From NCBI GenBank assembly GCA_973895155.1, contig OZ316894.1:18514805-18578804 (forward strand): a stretch of 64,000 nt of DNA, given 5' to 3'. Position numbers and translations under genes: made by a program. The notes beneath the pieces are model-generated. The model saw nothing but the letters and a program-made list of their open reading frames with translations. It did no database searches and was not told the origin of the DNA. The stretch comes from Marsupella aquatica. Lineage: Eukaryota > Plantae > Marchantiophyta. Shown here in pieces: positions 12,866-25,667 of this stretch (the first letter of the stretch is position 1; each line of letters opens with the position of its first letter).

Positions 12866-15540
12866 CTAGAATAGGCCGGCTAAGTATCTCATGACCCGAT
12901 GAAGGATCTGTCCAGTATATGTGTGTAAAATGTTAATAGTAGTAGAAGGAGAGTTAGCAACGTCCCATGCCGCTAAGCTGCGGAAATGGCCTCGTCGAGG
13001 ATGAAACCTGCGGGAATTGGCTTGAGCAAGGGGGTTTTCTTGGGTTTGGGGAGCCATGGGATGCACCACACACATCATGGTCATGGCTACCTTATCTGCC
13101 TCCATCGTCATGTGGATGAGGTGCAGAAGCGATCTCTGGTACTCCCTCACCTCCAGATGCGCCTGAACCATGGGAAGGCACTCCTTCCCCGACACAAGTG
13201 TGGAAAGAAGCCCCTCCAACACCACCACCACTACCCCCCTCAGGCCGAGTCTCACCTCCACCACTATGACGGGAACCTCCCGACTGGGTGCCTACACCAC
13301 CACTATGAATAGGAGATAGTGTTGGCACATGACCACCAAGGCCCCCCCGGACTGTCGCGAACCAGCTGGTACACTACCAGGGCCAGCCCTAAACTGACGA
13401 GGTGCAACAACTCCACCACTACCCCCCTCAGGGCGAGACTCACCTCCACCACTACGGCCGGAACCTCTTGACTGGCCAACGACATGACCAGTATGAACAC
13501 CAGCCCGTTGTCGAGACCCACCTGGTACAACACCAGGGCCAGTCCTCACTCGACCACTTGCTGTGGCTAGAACTCCGGACTCACTACGAACCCCTCGGTT
13601 GTGACCTACTGTGGCTAGAACCTGGGACTCACTCCGTCCACTCCTACTGGCTAATCTTTGACGAGAAGGAGGCATATCACCTGCTCTACGCTCCATCCGG
13701 CGAGTGGAGCCACCTACACCCCGACCAGACTGGTGACGTCCACTCTCTTGGGGTCCTGACCAGCCACGCGCACCAGTAGAACCTCGTACTGGAGCCTCGG
13801 CCACACTCCCCTCCGAAGCACTATCATCCTCCGCATCCTCCTCGTCCTCCTTGTCCTCCTCGTCCTCCTCCCCCTCACCATCCTCCTCACTCTCCAAGTC
13901 CTCCTCACCCCCTGACTCATCCTGCACATAGTAACAATCTCCAATCCATATGTCATTCCGCAACATACGTACCAGCATGAAGCCATATTTCAAATCATTC
14001 TAATATCCGCACTTACCGAGGCCAACATGTCGTCCATGTGAATCTTCAGCCCCCAAGCACCATGCTCCTTTGCCAGCTCTCTCTCTGCCGACAACAATGG
14101 TCGTCCGTGCTCTTTCTCCTACACACCCAAACCATATGCCACCCCCAATACTAAGGTCAATTATAGCAACCCTACCCTGGCCTAATTAAACACCTATATA
14201 AACCCTTCACCGTCAAAGACCCATAAGAACACTTAGCCATTCGATCATGCACAAACTATTCAAAAATTTGAATATGTCCGATACTAGTAGAATCGGTACC
14301 CTCGATAGTTCCGATTCTTTTTTATTGTCCGATGCTGCATCCAATACTTAAAGGATCGGACTAGAATCGGACCTTACATGCCGAAAGCAAAAAAAAAACT
14401 AAGGCATGATCGAGCGACCTACGGGCATACAAAGACCTGTCCCGGGTTTGGCAGGGTTAGGCATTTGTCAATTGGCCTCAGGTGATTAGGGAGGAGGAAT
14501 GCTGCTAAAGGAATGCATGGAGAGGAGGGGAATGGAGCACTTACAAAATCAACCTTGAGACGCTGTGATCCGCCTTGCCCCATTCTGTGAGTAACCTTTG
14601 GCCTCTTTGTTACTCTCAGCAGAGCTTTCATTAGCCAGGATGGTGGGTCTCCAAGCAGGGCTGATTTTGTTGACCATTCTTCAAGTTCTTGATGCATGGG
14701 TGCAGTATTCACCATCTCTCCTTGTTTAATCTTCTTCTGAGCTACTTGAATTTCAGCTTCCCAGCGTTGTGTGGCTTGCCAAGCTCAAACTTGCAACTCT
14801 TCTTCAAGCCAAGCACACCAAGCATCCTCAAGAATCTCACCAGCTGGGCTTCCACCTTTCCTGATCACCTCCTCATCTAGTTTGCATTCAGCCAAGTACT
14901 TTCGCATCTTCTCTCATACATGATTTTGCATGTCTGCAAGTGAGATTGAGATCTTTTTGTTTAAGAATCAATCGTCCACAAATGACCCATTCAAAAATCT
15001 CTCTTTGATTTGGTCTCGAATTTGAAATCTCTCATCCTGCTTCTTCTTCCCCCAGTAGTCCATCGGGCCAAAATGAGACCTCACAATCTGCCTAACTTGA
15101 CTCCCAAACAAACAATAACTCCTCGAGAGTGGAGCACCTCCCTCATTCAGAAACAATTTTGGCCTCTTGGCCCTATCCTTTTCCTTCTTTCGTTCCTCCT
15201 GAATTCTCTGTCGTTCTGCAGCCCGAGCCTCCCTCCTTAGGCTCTTCTCCTTTTGTCTTGGTGATAGGGCTTCCACTGGCCTCTCTCTCTCGTCCTCCCT
15301 AGTGTTATGTTTCCCCTTCCTCTCCAATCTCTCCTCCTCGAGTCTGGCTTGGAAAGCTTTTTCTGCATCAGTGATGGCTACCTTCTGGGAGCTGTCGATC
15401 AGTCCTTGAGTGAGCTGAGCTACCTGCAATGCAACCTCCGGCGAGAGCCCCACCTTCTCCCTAAACAATTGAGCCATGACTTCACCATAGCTGCTTGATG
15501 GCCCGGCACCATCTCCCATCCCTCCCGCATTCCCTTCCAT
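12866..15540 (-). pseudogene. CACTA TnpA/Ptta-like multi-exon gene of the outer CACTA
   Basis: YCLFGSQVRQIVRSHF..W..K, VTHRMGQGG and EKEHGRP motifs; GT-AG introns (~14119-14545, ~13923-14016); acidic/Gly-rich 3' exons; several in-frame stops. Confidence 0.55.
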
Positions 15541-15634
15541 CGCTACGAGCTCTGCAAAGGTATCGTGAAATGCTCCCGATGCTTCTCCAGACTAGAGTGC
15601 CTTTATACTATAATGTCCCCCTTTATGTTAGTTG

Positions 15635-15785
15635 TGTTATAACCCTAGTTAGACCTAGTATAACCCAGGGTTATGTCTACTCTACCAGGGGCAGGAATAA
15701 CTGCCTAACTACCAAGTCCTTAGGGACACACTATGTAACACCTCGGAAATGGAATGGAAGGATTGATTCTATGGAGAACACAACA
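15635..15785 (+). repeat. 5' LTR
   Basis: tgttataacc...gaacacaaca, identical by eye to 19997-20147. Confidence 0.95.
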
Positions 15786-15798
15786 CGTTATCAGCACG
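15786..15798 (+). promoter_or_regulatory. Primer binding site (half-tRNA-Met type)
   Basis: cgttatcagcacg immediately after the 5' LTR, the PBS typical of Bianca-type Copia. Confidence 0.75.
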
Positions 15799-15967
15799 AA
15801 GCGCTCCACATTTTTTTTCCTCCCGATCAATTCGTCAGCCAAAGGGACAGCGGACAACATTTTTCTCTCTGATCCATAATTCGGACGATCCACAATTCGG
15901 ACAATCGGAAGTAGCAATCCGACGAGGGAGAAACTGACAAAGAGGGACGACCAAGAGCGAAGTCCTT

Positions 15968-17437
15968 GTGCAGAATAGGGGATTGCAAATCACAACTTTA
16001 TTAAACTTATATTGGAGCATGTTGACATCCACAAACTCAATCGAAAAATTACTGTTCCAGGCTCTACACATCGACGGATCAAACTATCTCTCTTGGTCCC
16101 TCGATGTGGAGGCACACCTAGCCGCCAAGGACCTTCAGGATACAGTCATAACGGATGCGGGCCCAACGCTACAGCAAAAAGCCAAAGCTCTCATTCTAAT
16201 CCGGCACCACCTAGCGGATTCACTCAAGAGACAATACATGAACGAATTCAACCCCCGGGTTCTATGGGAAGAACTCCTTTCCAGATTCAACCACACACGG
16301 ACGATTTTCTTGCCAGCAGCCAGGCATGACTGGGTGAACCTCCGCGTACAGGATCATAAGTCCATTGCCGATTACAACAGCGAGCTTTTCCGGATAGTGG
16401 CGCAGTTGGCAATCTGCGGCCAACCAGTCACTGATGAGGAACAAATTGAGAAAACTCTGTCGACACTTCATTCATCTAATCTCGTCCTCTCAACACAATA
16501 TAGGAATATGCGGTTTACCAAATACTCGGAGCTAATAGCACACATGCTATTAGCCGAGAAGCACCAACTACTTCTCCTACAAAATACCCAACAACGACCC
16601 CCAGGAACTCTCCCACCTCAGCCACCATCAGAAGCGCACTACAACGCACCAAATCGAGAACAAGGAACTTACCCCCGAGGCAGAGGAAGTTTAAGAGGCA
16701 ACTCCAGAGGCCGCGGATCATTCAGAGGACGAGGACCATTCAGAGGTCGGGGAGGTGGCCCTCGACGAGGCGGAAACAACAATGGATCCCGGGGAGGAGG
16801 CTACGGACGACCCCGCACATACAACTGGAGACCTACCTGGCAACGCAACAACAGCAGCCAACGATTACAATCAGATAACGCTGAAAACCCATCAATTTGT
16901 TTCCACTGTGGCACTAAAGGGCACACACAAAGAACATGTAGAGCCCCAACACACTTAGTCGATCTATACAAGAAAAGCCTTACTGCAAACGAATCAGAAA
17001 CATATGGCACCTTTCTTGAATCAGCGGAAATATTACCAGAAATACATATGATCACTTCGGGAAACCAACCATCAATAAACGAACTAAACCACTGCATTAT
17101 AGACAGTGGTACCTCGCACTCAATATTACAAAACAAAGTATACTTCAAATATATTATACCATCACAACGAAAGATAACGACCATAATGGGCCAGCACCAG
17201 ATCGAGGAAGGCTCTGGACCCGCAACAATCATCCTGCCCAGAGGCACAGTTATATACATTCAATCGGCTATCTATGCCCCAAGGGCAACGAGAAACCTCT
17301 TGAGCTTTAAAGACATTAGAGCAACTAACTTACATATACAGACGGGCATAGAGAACAACAAGGAAGTCCTGCACATTACTTCAAATACACCCAAGCCAAC
17401 AGCGAAGTACAAAGACTACTCCACCTTACGAGCATGA
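15968..17437 (+). CDS. gag: Copia Gag + aspartic protease (truncated before integrase)
   Basis: Zinc knuckle CFHCGTKGHTQRTC; protease CIIDSGTSHSI; no HHCC or DDE integrase follows. Confidence 0.9.
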   Translation: MQNRGLQITTLLNLYWSMLTSTNSIEKLLFQALHIDGSNYLSWSLDVEAHLAAKDLQDTVITDAGPTLQQKAKALILIRHHLADSLKRQYMNEFNPRVLWEELLSRFNHTRTIFLPAARHDWVNLRVQDHKSIADYNSELFRIVAQLAICGQPVTDEEQIEKTLSTLHSSNLVLSTQYRNMRFTKYSELIAHMLLAEKHQLLLLQNTQQRPPGTLPPQPPSEAHYNAPNREQGTYPRGRGSLRGNSRGRGSFRGRGPFRGRGGGPRRGGNNNGSRGGGYGRPRTYNWRPTWQRNNSSQRLQSDNAENPSICFHCGTKGHTQRTCRAPTHLVDLYKKSLTANESETYGTFLESAEILPEIHMITSGNQPSINELNHCIIDSGTSHSILQNKVYFKYIIPSQRKITTIMGQHQIEEGSGPATIILPRGTVIYIQSAIYAPRATRNLLSFKDIRATNLHIQTGIENNKEVLHITSNTPKPTAKYKDYSTLRA

Positions 17438-19564
17438 TGGAGCAGTTACCAGATTCATTCGCAGATGCGGCAAAAGTGACAAGATCGCACATACCCGCAG
17501 CGAACACCCCATCACGTATACAGATGACAAAGCAGCCAGCCGAATACTCGGCGCCAAGGGCCAAACGGGGAAGACCACCCGGGGCTACTGACAAGCAACC
17601 ACGGCAGAGGCGCCAAGTGCCCTCAGCCCAAACTACATCCACTCCTGCAGCGACGACCACATTATACCGAACCAACCCATTACCGAAACAAACGAAGAAA
17701 TCGCCATCAATTACAATATAACCAGCAATATATGGGATAGAAAGAGTACCTTCCCAGACGAAACATTTGCATATACAATAGCACAACAAATAAAAGAAGA
17801 CACACCGGACCCACTGACAGTGAAAGAAGCACAGAGACAATCCGACTGGCCAGAGTGGGAGAAAGCCATCAATCAGGAACTCGACTCCCTGATCTCCAGA
17901 CAAGTATTCGGCCCAATCACACTAGCCCCACAAGACATCCACTTGACAGGATACAAGTGGACCTTTATTAAAAAGAGAAATGCACAGGGGGAGGTAGTAC
18001 GCTATAAAGCACGGCTAGTAGCAAAGGGATTTACTCAAATACCAGGCAGAGACTACGATCTCACCTACTCACCCGTTATGGACGTAATTACTTACCGATA
18101 CCTGATATCCTTCTCACTGCATCACAGATTATCCATGCATCAGTTAGCTATTGTAACAGCATACTTATACGGCCACTTAGATACGACAATCCATATGGAA
18201 GCTCCACCAGAATTAATTAACAGGGTGGAAGCACACTGTCATGGGGAGAAACTGCCCACGACAACACACAAACCAGAGGACACTATGTTTGACCACTCAA
18301 ATCAAGAGATACTACAACGTATCTCACAGAGTATAAAATCGAAACCCCACATAAGCAAGGGCAGACAAACTAAGGCTCTTCAAGCCAGAATACGATATGC
18401 TGTGCAAGTGCTCAGGTCCATGTACGGCCTGAAGCAGAGTGGCCGAACTTGGTACAAGCGATTCCAAGCTGAAATGCTCGCCATGGGTTTCCAAAATCAA
18501 GATATTGCCCCATGCATCTTCCTTAAGAGAGAAGGCCAAGAATTCATTATAATTGCCATCTATGTGGATGACCTAAACCTATTCGGTACCAGTCGAATAA
18601 TGCAGGAAACCATCAAATTACTCAAACGAGTTTTCGAAATGCGTGATTTGGGGCAAACTACGTTTTGCCTTGGCCTCCAGTTCGAGCATTTACCAAGAGG
18701 CATACTTCTTCATCAAACCACGTATACACAGCGAATATTAAAGCAATTTCATATGCAAAAGGCTCATGCAGTCAAATCCCCGATGGACATAAGATCACTC
18801 GATAAACATAAAGACATGTTTCGGAAAAGAGATGAAAGCGAACCACTACTTGGTCCAGACAAGCCATACCTATCTGCCATAGGCGTCCTCATGTTCCTTG
18901 CAAATCAGACCCGCCCTGACATCGCATTCGCAGTTAACCTCTTAGCATGTCACAACGCACAGCCGACCATTCGCCATTGGAATGGCATTACAAGGATCTT
19001 ACGATACCTTAAGGGCACAACTGACATGGGACTATTTTACCCTGCAAATACAGACAACACATTAACAGGTTACGCGGACGCGGGCTATCTATCAGATCCG
19101 CAGGATGCAAAGTCGCAGACGGGATACGTGTTTATGATAGGAACAACGGCGATCTCCTGGAAAAGCAGCAAACAAACATTAACAACGACATCCTCGAACC
19201 ACTCGGAGATCATAGCGCTATATGAAGCAAGCAGGGAGTGCATCTGGCTCAGGCATGTGCTCAACCACATTAGCGAACACACAGGTACAACTAAACTGAC
19301 ATCGCCCACACCGATCTACGAAGATAACAGGCCCTGTGTGGACCAAATACAGGCAGGTTTCATAAAGGGTGATAAGACGAAGCACATCGCTCCGAAATTC
19401 TTTTTCACACACGAGCAACAAGGTGACAATATTACCGTTAAATGGATAGCAAGCTAGCTGAATCACGCAGATATGTTTACAAAATCACTACCACCGGCTA
19501 TCCATAAAGACCATTCACATTCCATCAGCTTACGAAGCTTCTCTAAGTTGATGCAGGAACAATA
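17434..19564 (+). pseudogene. pol: Copia post-integrase linker, reverse transcriptase and RNase H
   Basis: LPDSFADAAKVTRSHIPAAN linker; RYKARLVAKGF, YGLKQSG, YVDD; RNase H YADAGY..YEDN..KHI, TAG at 19455, then NHADMFTKSL. Confidence 0.9.
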
Positions 19565-19996
19565 GAGACCACAGAGAACACTTACCTCGTGTTCAGGGGG
19601 AGCATTGCCGCCAGGACGCCCGACCGAGCGCCCGACCACCTGAAATGCAAGAATACAACTCGGACCACGCAGAACATACCATCCAACACCATCAACAAAC
19701 AACAAAGAACTCTACGACTACGAAGAACCAGTTCACCAGACTGGACAATCATAAAGATACACCCAGTAAAACAGAAAGAAGAACACTTACTGTTACAAAG
19801 TGACCAAGATAAGGGCAATAGGCCAAACTATCAAATGGGTGATGGTAACACTCTTTCCCCCCACAAAGGCGGAGGGGGGGTTTTAATGAGGTTACATCCC
19901 CATTTAAATAGACATAATAGCTTAGGCCTCAATATAAAACAGAGTAGACACAAGTGGGAGTATCATTTACCCAGAAATGTTACCCCCAAGGGGGAG

Positions 19997-20147
19997 TGTT
20001 ATAACCCTAGTTAGACCTAGTATAACCCAGGGTTATGTCTACTCTACCAGGGGCAGGAATAACTGCCTAACTACCAAGTCCTTAGGGACACACTATGTAA
20101 CACCTCGGAAATGGAATGGAAGGATTGATTCTATGGAGAACACAACA
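19997..20147 (+). repeat. 3' LTR
   Basis: Follows the PPT, precedes TSD AGTTG. Confidence 0.95.
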
Positions 20148-20925
20148 AGTTGGGGGTTAATTATGCTATATATTGTGGGCTTATTAGGTGTGCGGCGCAA
20201 AACAGGCATATCAACGTACAGTTGCCGTGACAAAGCTAGCACACTATTTTTTGGTGGGTATGGATGATCATTGAATGTATGTACCCAGATCTATTTTCAG
20301 TTTGATTTTAAATGATTCCCATTTTGACCATGAGGCAATGCTATATGCATGGTGCAACTTTTGGGGACTATAAGAAGTCACAAATTAAATTAACACTCTA
20401 GTGCCATTTTGTGCAGTTTTGTATTTTTTGTTTTTGGAGGGTCGGGTCGTTGCTTTTCCTTGGTTTTCTTAGTAGGGTTTATTTTTGCCAATGCATTATG
20501 CACAGCGAGAGTACGCGCATCCAAAAGGTATGACATATATGATCCTCCAAAATGTATTGGAAATATTTGACATGATATATGCGTTACTTGTGGGAGTTTA
20601 TAATTGGACATCCAACTCGTCATTGATTTTTATTAATTTCATTAATTATTGGTTTGTTACTTAGGTTTGCATGTATGTCATCTCATCTTTCAACTTCCCC
20701 ACCTAGCCTGTATGTGCAGGTTTTTTTGGATTGGCCTTAGCATATAGTCTAAGGCTTAGAGCCTAGTAGGCACTGTAGAGTGCGGATATCATTCAGGTAC
20801 TAATTAAGTCCAACACTGCAAATTATTAACATACTATATATTTCCTGTTTGGGTTTACCTCAAGTTAGGGTGATGAATCAATCTTGCATTTTGGTAAAGA
20901 CTTGTTTGTGTGTAATTGGCAGACA

Positions 20926-21156
20926 ATGTCGACTTCTGAGAGTTTGGATACAGATTCCGACTCTGACTTGCCTTCCTCTGAGGGGGACATTCCTCCTCCC
21001 CCTCAACAGCCTCAAGCACCCCCTCCATTAGGCCCTATTCCATGCTGGTGTCTTAGATGTAAAGGACTGGTGTTTCGTCAAGCGTGGCAGTCCATTGAAC
21101 ACATCAAAAACTATGGTCGACATGAGGGTGATTTACCGGGATATTCAGCTCGCCGG
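20926..21156 (+). CDS. First coding exon of CACTA-A gene: transposase-associated Zn motif
   Basis: IPCWCLRCKG...EHIKNYG resembles the CPC..C..H transposase-associated domain; phase-0 donor GT at 21157. Confidence 0.65.
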
Positions 21157-21782
21157 GTATTGCTTGACATGAACTCCGCTATATATGATACACTATCATA
21201 ATAGTTGGCTGGTTTGAGACCTTTTAGGAGACAAGTATTTTTTAATTTTTAATTTTTTTTAATTGAAGTTTATTCCGCGTGAACCCCACGGATGGGGGGA
21301 GCAGCAGGCAAAAAGGCAAAAAGGCTTTCAAGAGAAGTGACAATAGTTGGGCAGAGTCAAGCCAAGTGCCTTGCCACTAAGCAAGATCATTCAACAGGCT
21401 ACCCAATAACCCTGTGAGTGGGAAGCAAAAGTAAAGTAGCCAATACCAGCCAAGCTAACAAGTAGCATTCCGAAGCCTGTAATAAGAATTTACAAGGAGT
21501 AAACAAAACAAGACCCTGGGGTGAGGGTCCTGCCCCCCGTAAACCAGATATCAGTGACAAGCATCTGAGCCAGTAAACTAATGCAAACATGAGTAATCCT
21601 AATCAGCACGCTCAGAAAGAGGTCAAACATCTCACTTTGCTCCTAATAATCCTAATCTATTCCTGCACTAAAATTTGTTTCACCTGTGTAACTCTGTAAA
21701 ACTTATTCTTAGAACCAGTAGCAGTCGCCACTGCGGTCAGGTGGTCCAAAGTTTTGGAGATGGTAAGTATCTGGTTAAAAAC

Positions 21783-24700
21783 TCATTTTTTGGCAAGGTC
21801 AAACGTCTGATCATTGCGTGCCTTCCAAATAGCCCACAGGATCTGATACATCAAAAATAGACGAAGCGTGCTCCGAGGGCTCTTCTTAAGCGATAAGGAG
21901 ATTAATTCAACCAGGTTCTGATGTGGTTGAATGATTGTACCATTCAGCCAGCCCTGCGCTTCCCTCCAGCAGCGCTGTGCATGTCTGCATTTAGTGAAAA
22001 GATGAGGAATAGTCTCTATCATCCCAGGGCACAGAATGCAAATTCCATCTAACTTGGCAATTCTCACTGCTCTTGATCCAGAGAATAGTCCCTGTGCCAA
22101 GACCCGTCAGAGAAACGTTTTTGCTCTGGTGGAAAGGTCTGCTGTCTAGATGAGCAACCAAATCTTGCTCCATTCTTCATCGGTATAGCTCATTTTGCAT
22201 ATTTTGTTCAACCTGAGGTGATCCGTTCCTTTAGGCCTCAGCATTTTGTATACCCGCCAGTTGGGTAGGCCAAACTGCCAAATCCGTATGTCCTTGTCAG
22301 ACCACTGCCATTGACAAGCGAGGGTATCAAATCCACTACCCAGGAAAATGGATCCATGGACCACTCTGATCAGTGCAAGGCATAAGGTTCGGTCTCCATC
22401 GGTGAGGCCTCTCAATTGGTTCAGCCTAGTATCCAAGTTCCTCCAGTCATTCGTAGCAGAGGACCAAAAATCCCCAACCTTCCTGATTCCTAAGTTGCCA
22501 CAAAGTTGAGTCACTGTCCCAATGGATGCCTCAAGCAGGTCATAGAAATCCTGAGAGCATCGAACTAGATCTTCCAGTATCCAGTGTCCAGGGATCGCAT
22601 CCACCCCAGGGTGGAAAATCAGGTTTTCCCTAGCAAGTGCCCATGCGCCCCAGAGTTGCCCCGTGTAAGTCAATTTCCCGAACGATCATGGTGAACCCAG
22701 TAGCATTAGATCTGACATAGAGTAGTGGTTCTTGCGTATAGATCGATAGTTTCTCCATTTTGTCAATCCCAAGTTTACAGCAAAGAGTTTCGCCCATTCC
22801 GTCTCCGGGTGATCCAACGCCCCTGTGAACCACTTACAGAGGAGTGCATCAGAATGACTTTTGAAGTCTTTCAGGCCAAGTCCGCCAACATTCTTTGGCC
22901 TGCACAGCTTATCCCACGCCACAAGGGGTAACCTTTTACCCCCCGTCCTGTTGTTACCCCAAAGGAAATTCCTGCTTAATGCTATCAATTTCCTAGCCAG
23001 TGCAGTCGGGGAGTGTAGAAACATCATATGATATATGGGTATAGCCTGCAAGACATGTTTAACAAGCAAAAGGCGGCCCGTAAATGACAGAAAGCGTGAG
23101 GACCATGAAGATAGTCGTGCGCTAATCCTATCCAGACAGAAGCCATGTAACTGCGCTTCTGACAAGCCAGCTCCCAATGGAGCACCCAAGTATTTTTGCA
23201 CCATTCCTGATTCACTGATAACACATCCCGTCGCTCTAAGCCATCCAGGAATCTCCTCTACTCCCAAGGGGATAACAATGGACTTTTTGAGATTGAGTTT
23301 TGCTCTAGTGGCACATTCGTAAGTGTTCAATGTGCTTGTAGCCTGTTCGAATGCTAACTCCGTAACAGGGATGAATAGACCCATGTCATCCGCAAATAAT
23401 CTAAATGAGATATTCAAGTCAGGAGTAGTTTGAAATCCTTGTAATCTCCCTGCCCTGATTTCCGCATTACAAAAATCCATTAGCGGTTGGGTCAAAATTG
23501 CAACAATAGAGGGGAGAGAGGGCATCCCTGTCTCACCCCCCGACTCAACTGAATATCTTCAGTCCAGATCCCGTTAACTAGAGCCTTGGAATTTGCATTA
23601 CTTAGTAGCAACTTGACCAAGAAGATAAAATGAGACCCAATGCCCAGTAGGTGCATTGTTTCCCAGATGTAGGAGTGATCCACTCTATCAAACGCTTTCT
23701 TGAAATCCAGCTTCAGGAATAGAGCCGGTGTATTCGTAATGTTAATCCAATCATTCATGATCAGCTAGGTAATGGAGATATTCTCTAAAATATTTCTGCC
23801 AGGGATGAATCCTGTTTGTTGTGGGCAGATCAGTTTAGAAAGCAATGGTTTTAATCGTTGTGCCAGTAGTTTGGCAATAATCTTGTAAATGATTGTCAAC
23901 ATCGTGAGCGGTCGCCAATCCCCCAGCCTTCATTTGTCAGTCTTTTTAGGAATGAAACGAATGACTCCCTCCTTTATCTTGAATGCAAGATGTCCCGTAC
24001 GCCAAAAATCAGCCACCATGGAGTGTAGATCCTCCTTTAAAAAATCCCAGCATGCACAAATTCCCTCAGCTGTCATCCCATCAATCCCCGGAGCCTTGTC
24101 ACATGGTAAAAGTAACAGGGTACAATGCAACTCCTGTATTGAGGGTAGAGCCTCTAATCTTCTGATTTCATCACTCGTAAGTGCAAACCGAGTATGAGCA
24201 CAGAGTACACGTCGAGCGGTGAGCATATCTGATAGCGCCTCCTCTAAGAGGAGCGGTGGTGAATATAGCTCCTCGCAATGTCTCTGCACCTCCTTGATTA
24301 CTAGCCGTTCATCCTGAATCTCTTGTCCTCCTTCCACTACCAGGTACTCCATGTTTTCCCTTTGCCGCTTTGCCTTGACAGTAGAAAAGAAAAACTTGGA
24401 AGTTTCTTCACCCTGGCCAAGCCATCTGATCCGAGATAGACGTCGATTGTGATGTGCCTCCTCTATCTCCATTTCACGTACACAATCCTCCGTATACATG
24501 AAATTCAAAGTGCAAGAGGATGAGTGATCCTCAACAATAGCCAACTTTAGCATTCGTAGCCTATCCTTCATTAACAGCATCTCTTCCTCCCAAGGTAGGG
24601 GCGCAGCTTGTAGCTCCATATAGCATTTTCTTAGCCTTTGATATGCCAGTGCGAATCTCAGGTGTGGGTCCAAGGGAGGAATGTCAACCCCCCAAGCCCC

Positions 24701-25531
24701 AGTGAGTAGTTCTACATTGCCTTGTTTCTGTAGAACCGCAGGATTGGCCTTGAAATACGTCGCTCGCCTTTGGTTTGCTCCAGCCAGTATTGGGAGGGTA
24801 AATCTAAAAGTAAGTATCACCGGATCGTGGTCAGAAAGCGCAGATGTCCCATCGTGCAGGAGAGCCAATACTTCCCCCGTCCAACTCCCTTTTTCACTGA
24901 GATAGAATCGGTCTAGGCGTGACTGTATTAATCTGCCATTGCGAACCCTTCTCCAAGTGAATTTGGATCTAGTAACCTGACCCAAGATTCCAAACACATC
25001 TTGTAAGTCCAGTCTTGTAGTAAGGAACCTCCAGAATTCTTTCTCTCTACCGCAAATCAAGGGGGAGGAACTAGTGGAGTCACCCCTTAATTCCGTCATA
25101 TTAAAATTGCCATCGAAGATCCACCGATCCTGAGGCAGAGCATTCCGAAGATCATTCCATAGTAGAGTCCTTTCTCCAGTGGAGCAAGGAGCATACACAC
25201 AGATTGAACCAAAATTTCCTTCAGTATGTTCTACTTGGATCCAGACCGCTCGGCTCTTATCCAACGTGCCGGATGTAAGCACGTTAAACAACGGGTGCAA
25301 TAGAATGGCAATACCACCTCAGCCCGCATCCGGGAGAGAGTAAAAGTGCTGATATGTAGGTAAAATGATTTTGAGAGCAATGTCCAATCTGAAACTGTCA
25401 GCCTTAACCTCTTGGAGCATCAGTGCATCTAGGTGAGGTCGGTTGGCTGAAACCCATTTAGATACCACAATTTTCCGATTTGGATTGCATAAGCCACACA
25501 CGTTCCATGTGGCCACCTTGAAAGTTGTCAT
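21783..25531 (-). pseudogene. LINE ORF2: APE endonuclease, RT, zf-RVT
   Basis: TWNVCGL, LQEVK, SRLDRFY, SDHDPV; KAPGIDG, KLDFKKAFDRV, GVRQGCPLSP, LFADD; CILC..ETIPHLFTKC. Split over several frames. Confidence 0.92.
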
Positions 25532-25667
25532 GAAAATTCAACTTAATCAATTAACCTCCCTGCTCCAGCCTAAGGCTAAACGACACCTCGTAGGAGTTAG
25601 ACGCTTTCTTGCAGGGAGCCCACCGAGGGCCCAACAGGTAAAAGCAACAGTGCCGCCTTAGGTGACC

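Larger units (their letters stand above)
15635..20147 (+). mobile_element. Ty1/Copia LTR retrotransposon, Bianca-like lineage, integrase-deleted
   Basis: 151-bp TG..CA LTRs, 5-bp TSD AGTTG (15630-15634 / 20148-20152), PBS cgttatcagcacg, PPT aagggggag (19988-19996). Gag begins KLLFQALHIDGSNYLSWSLDVEAHL, as in Bianca. Confidence 0.95.

Noticed and set aside
19977-20267. Duplicated peptide (VITLVRPSITQG...) also in ORF 15495-15872
   Set aside because: Simply the two LTR copies read in frame.
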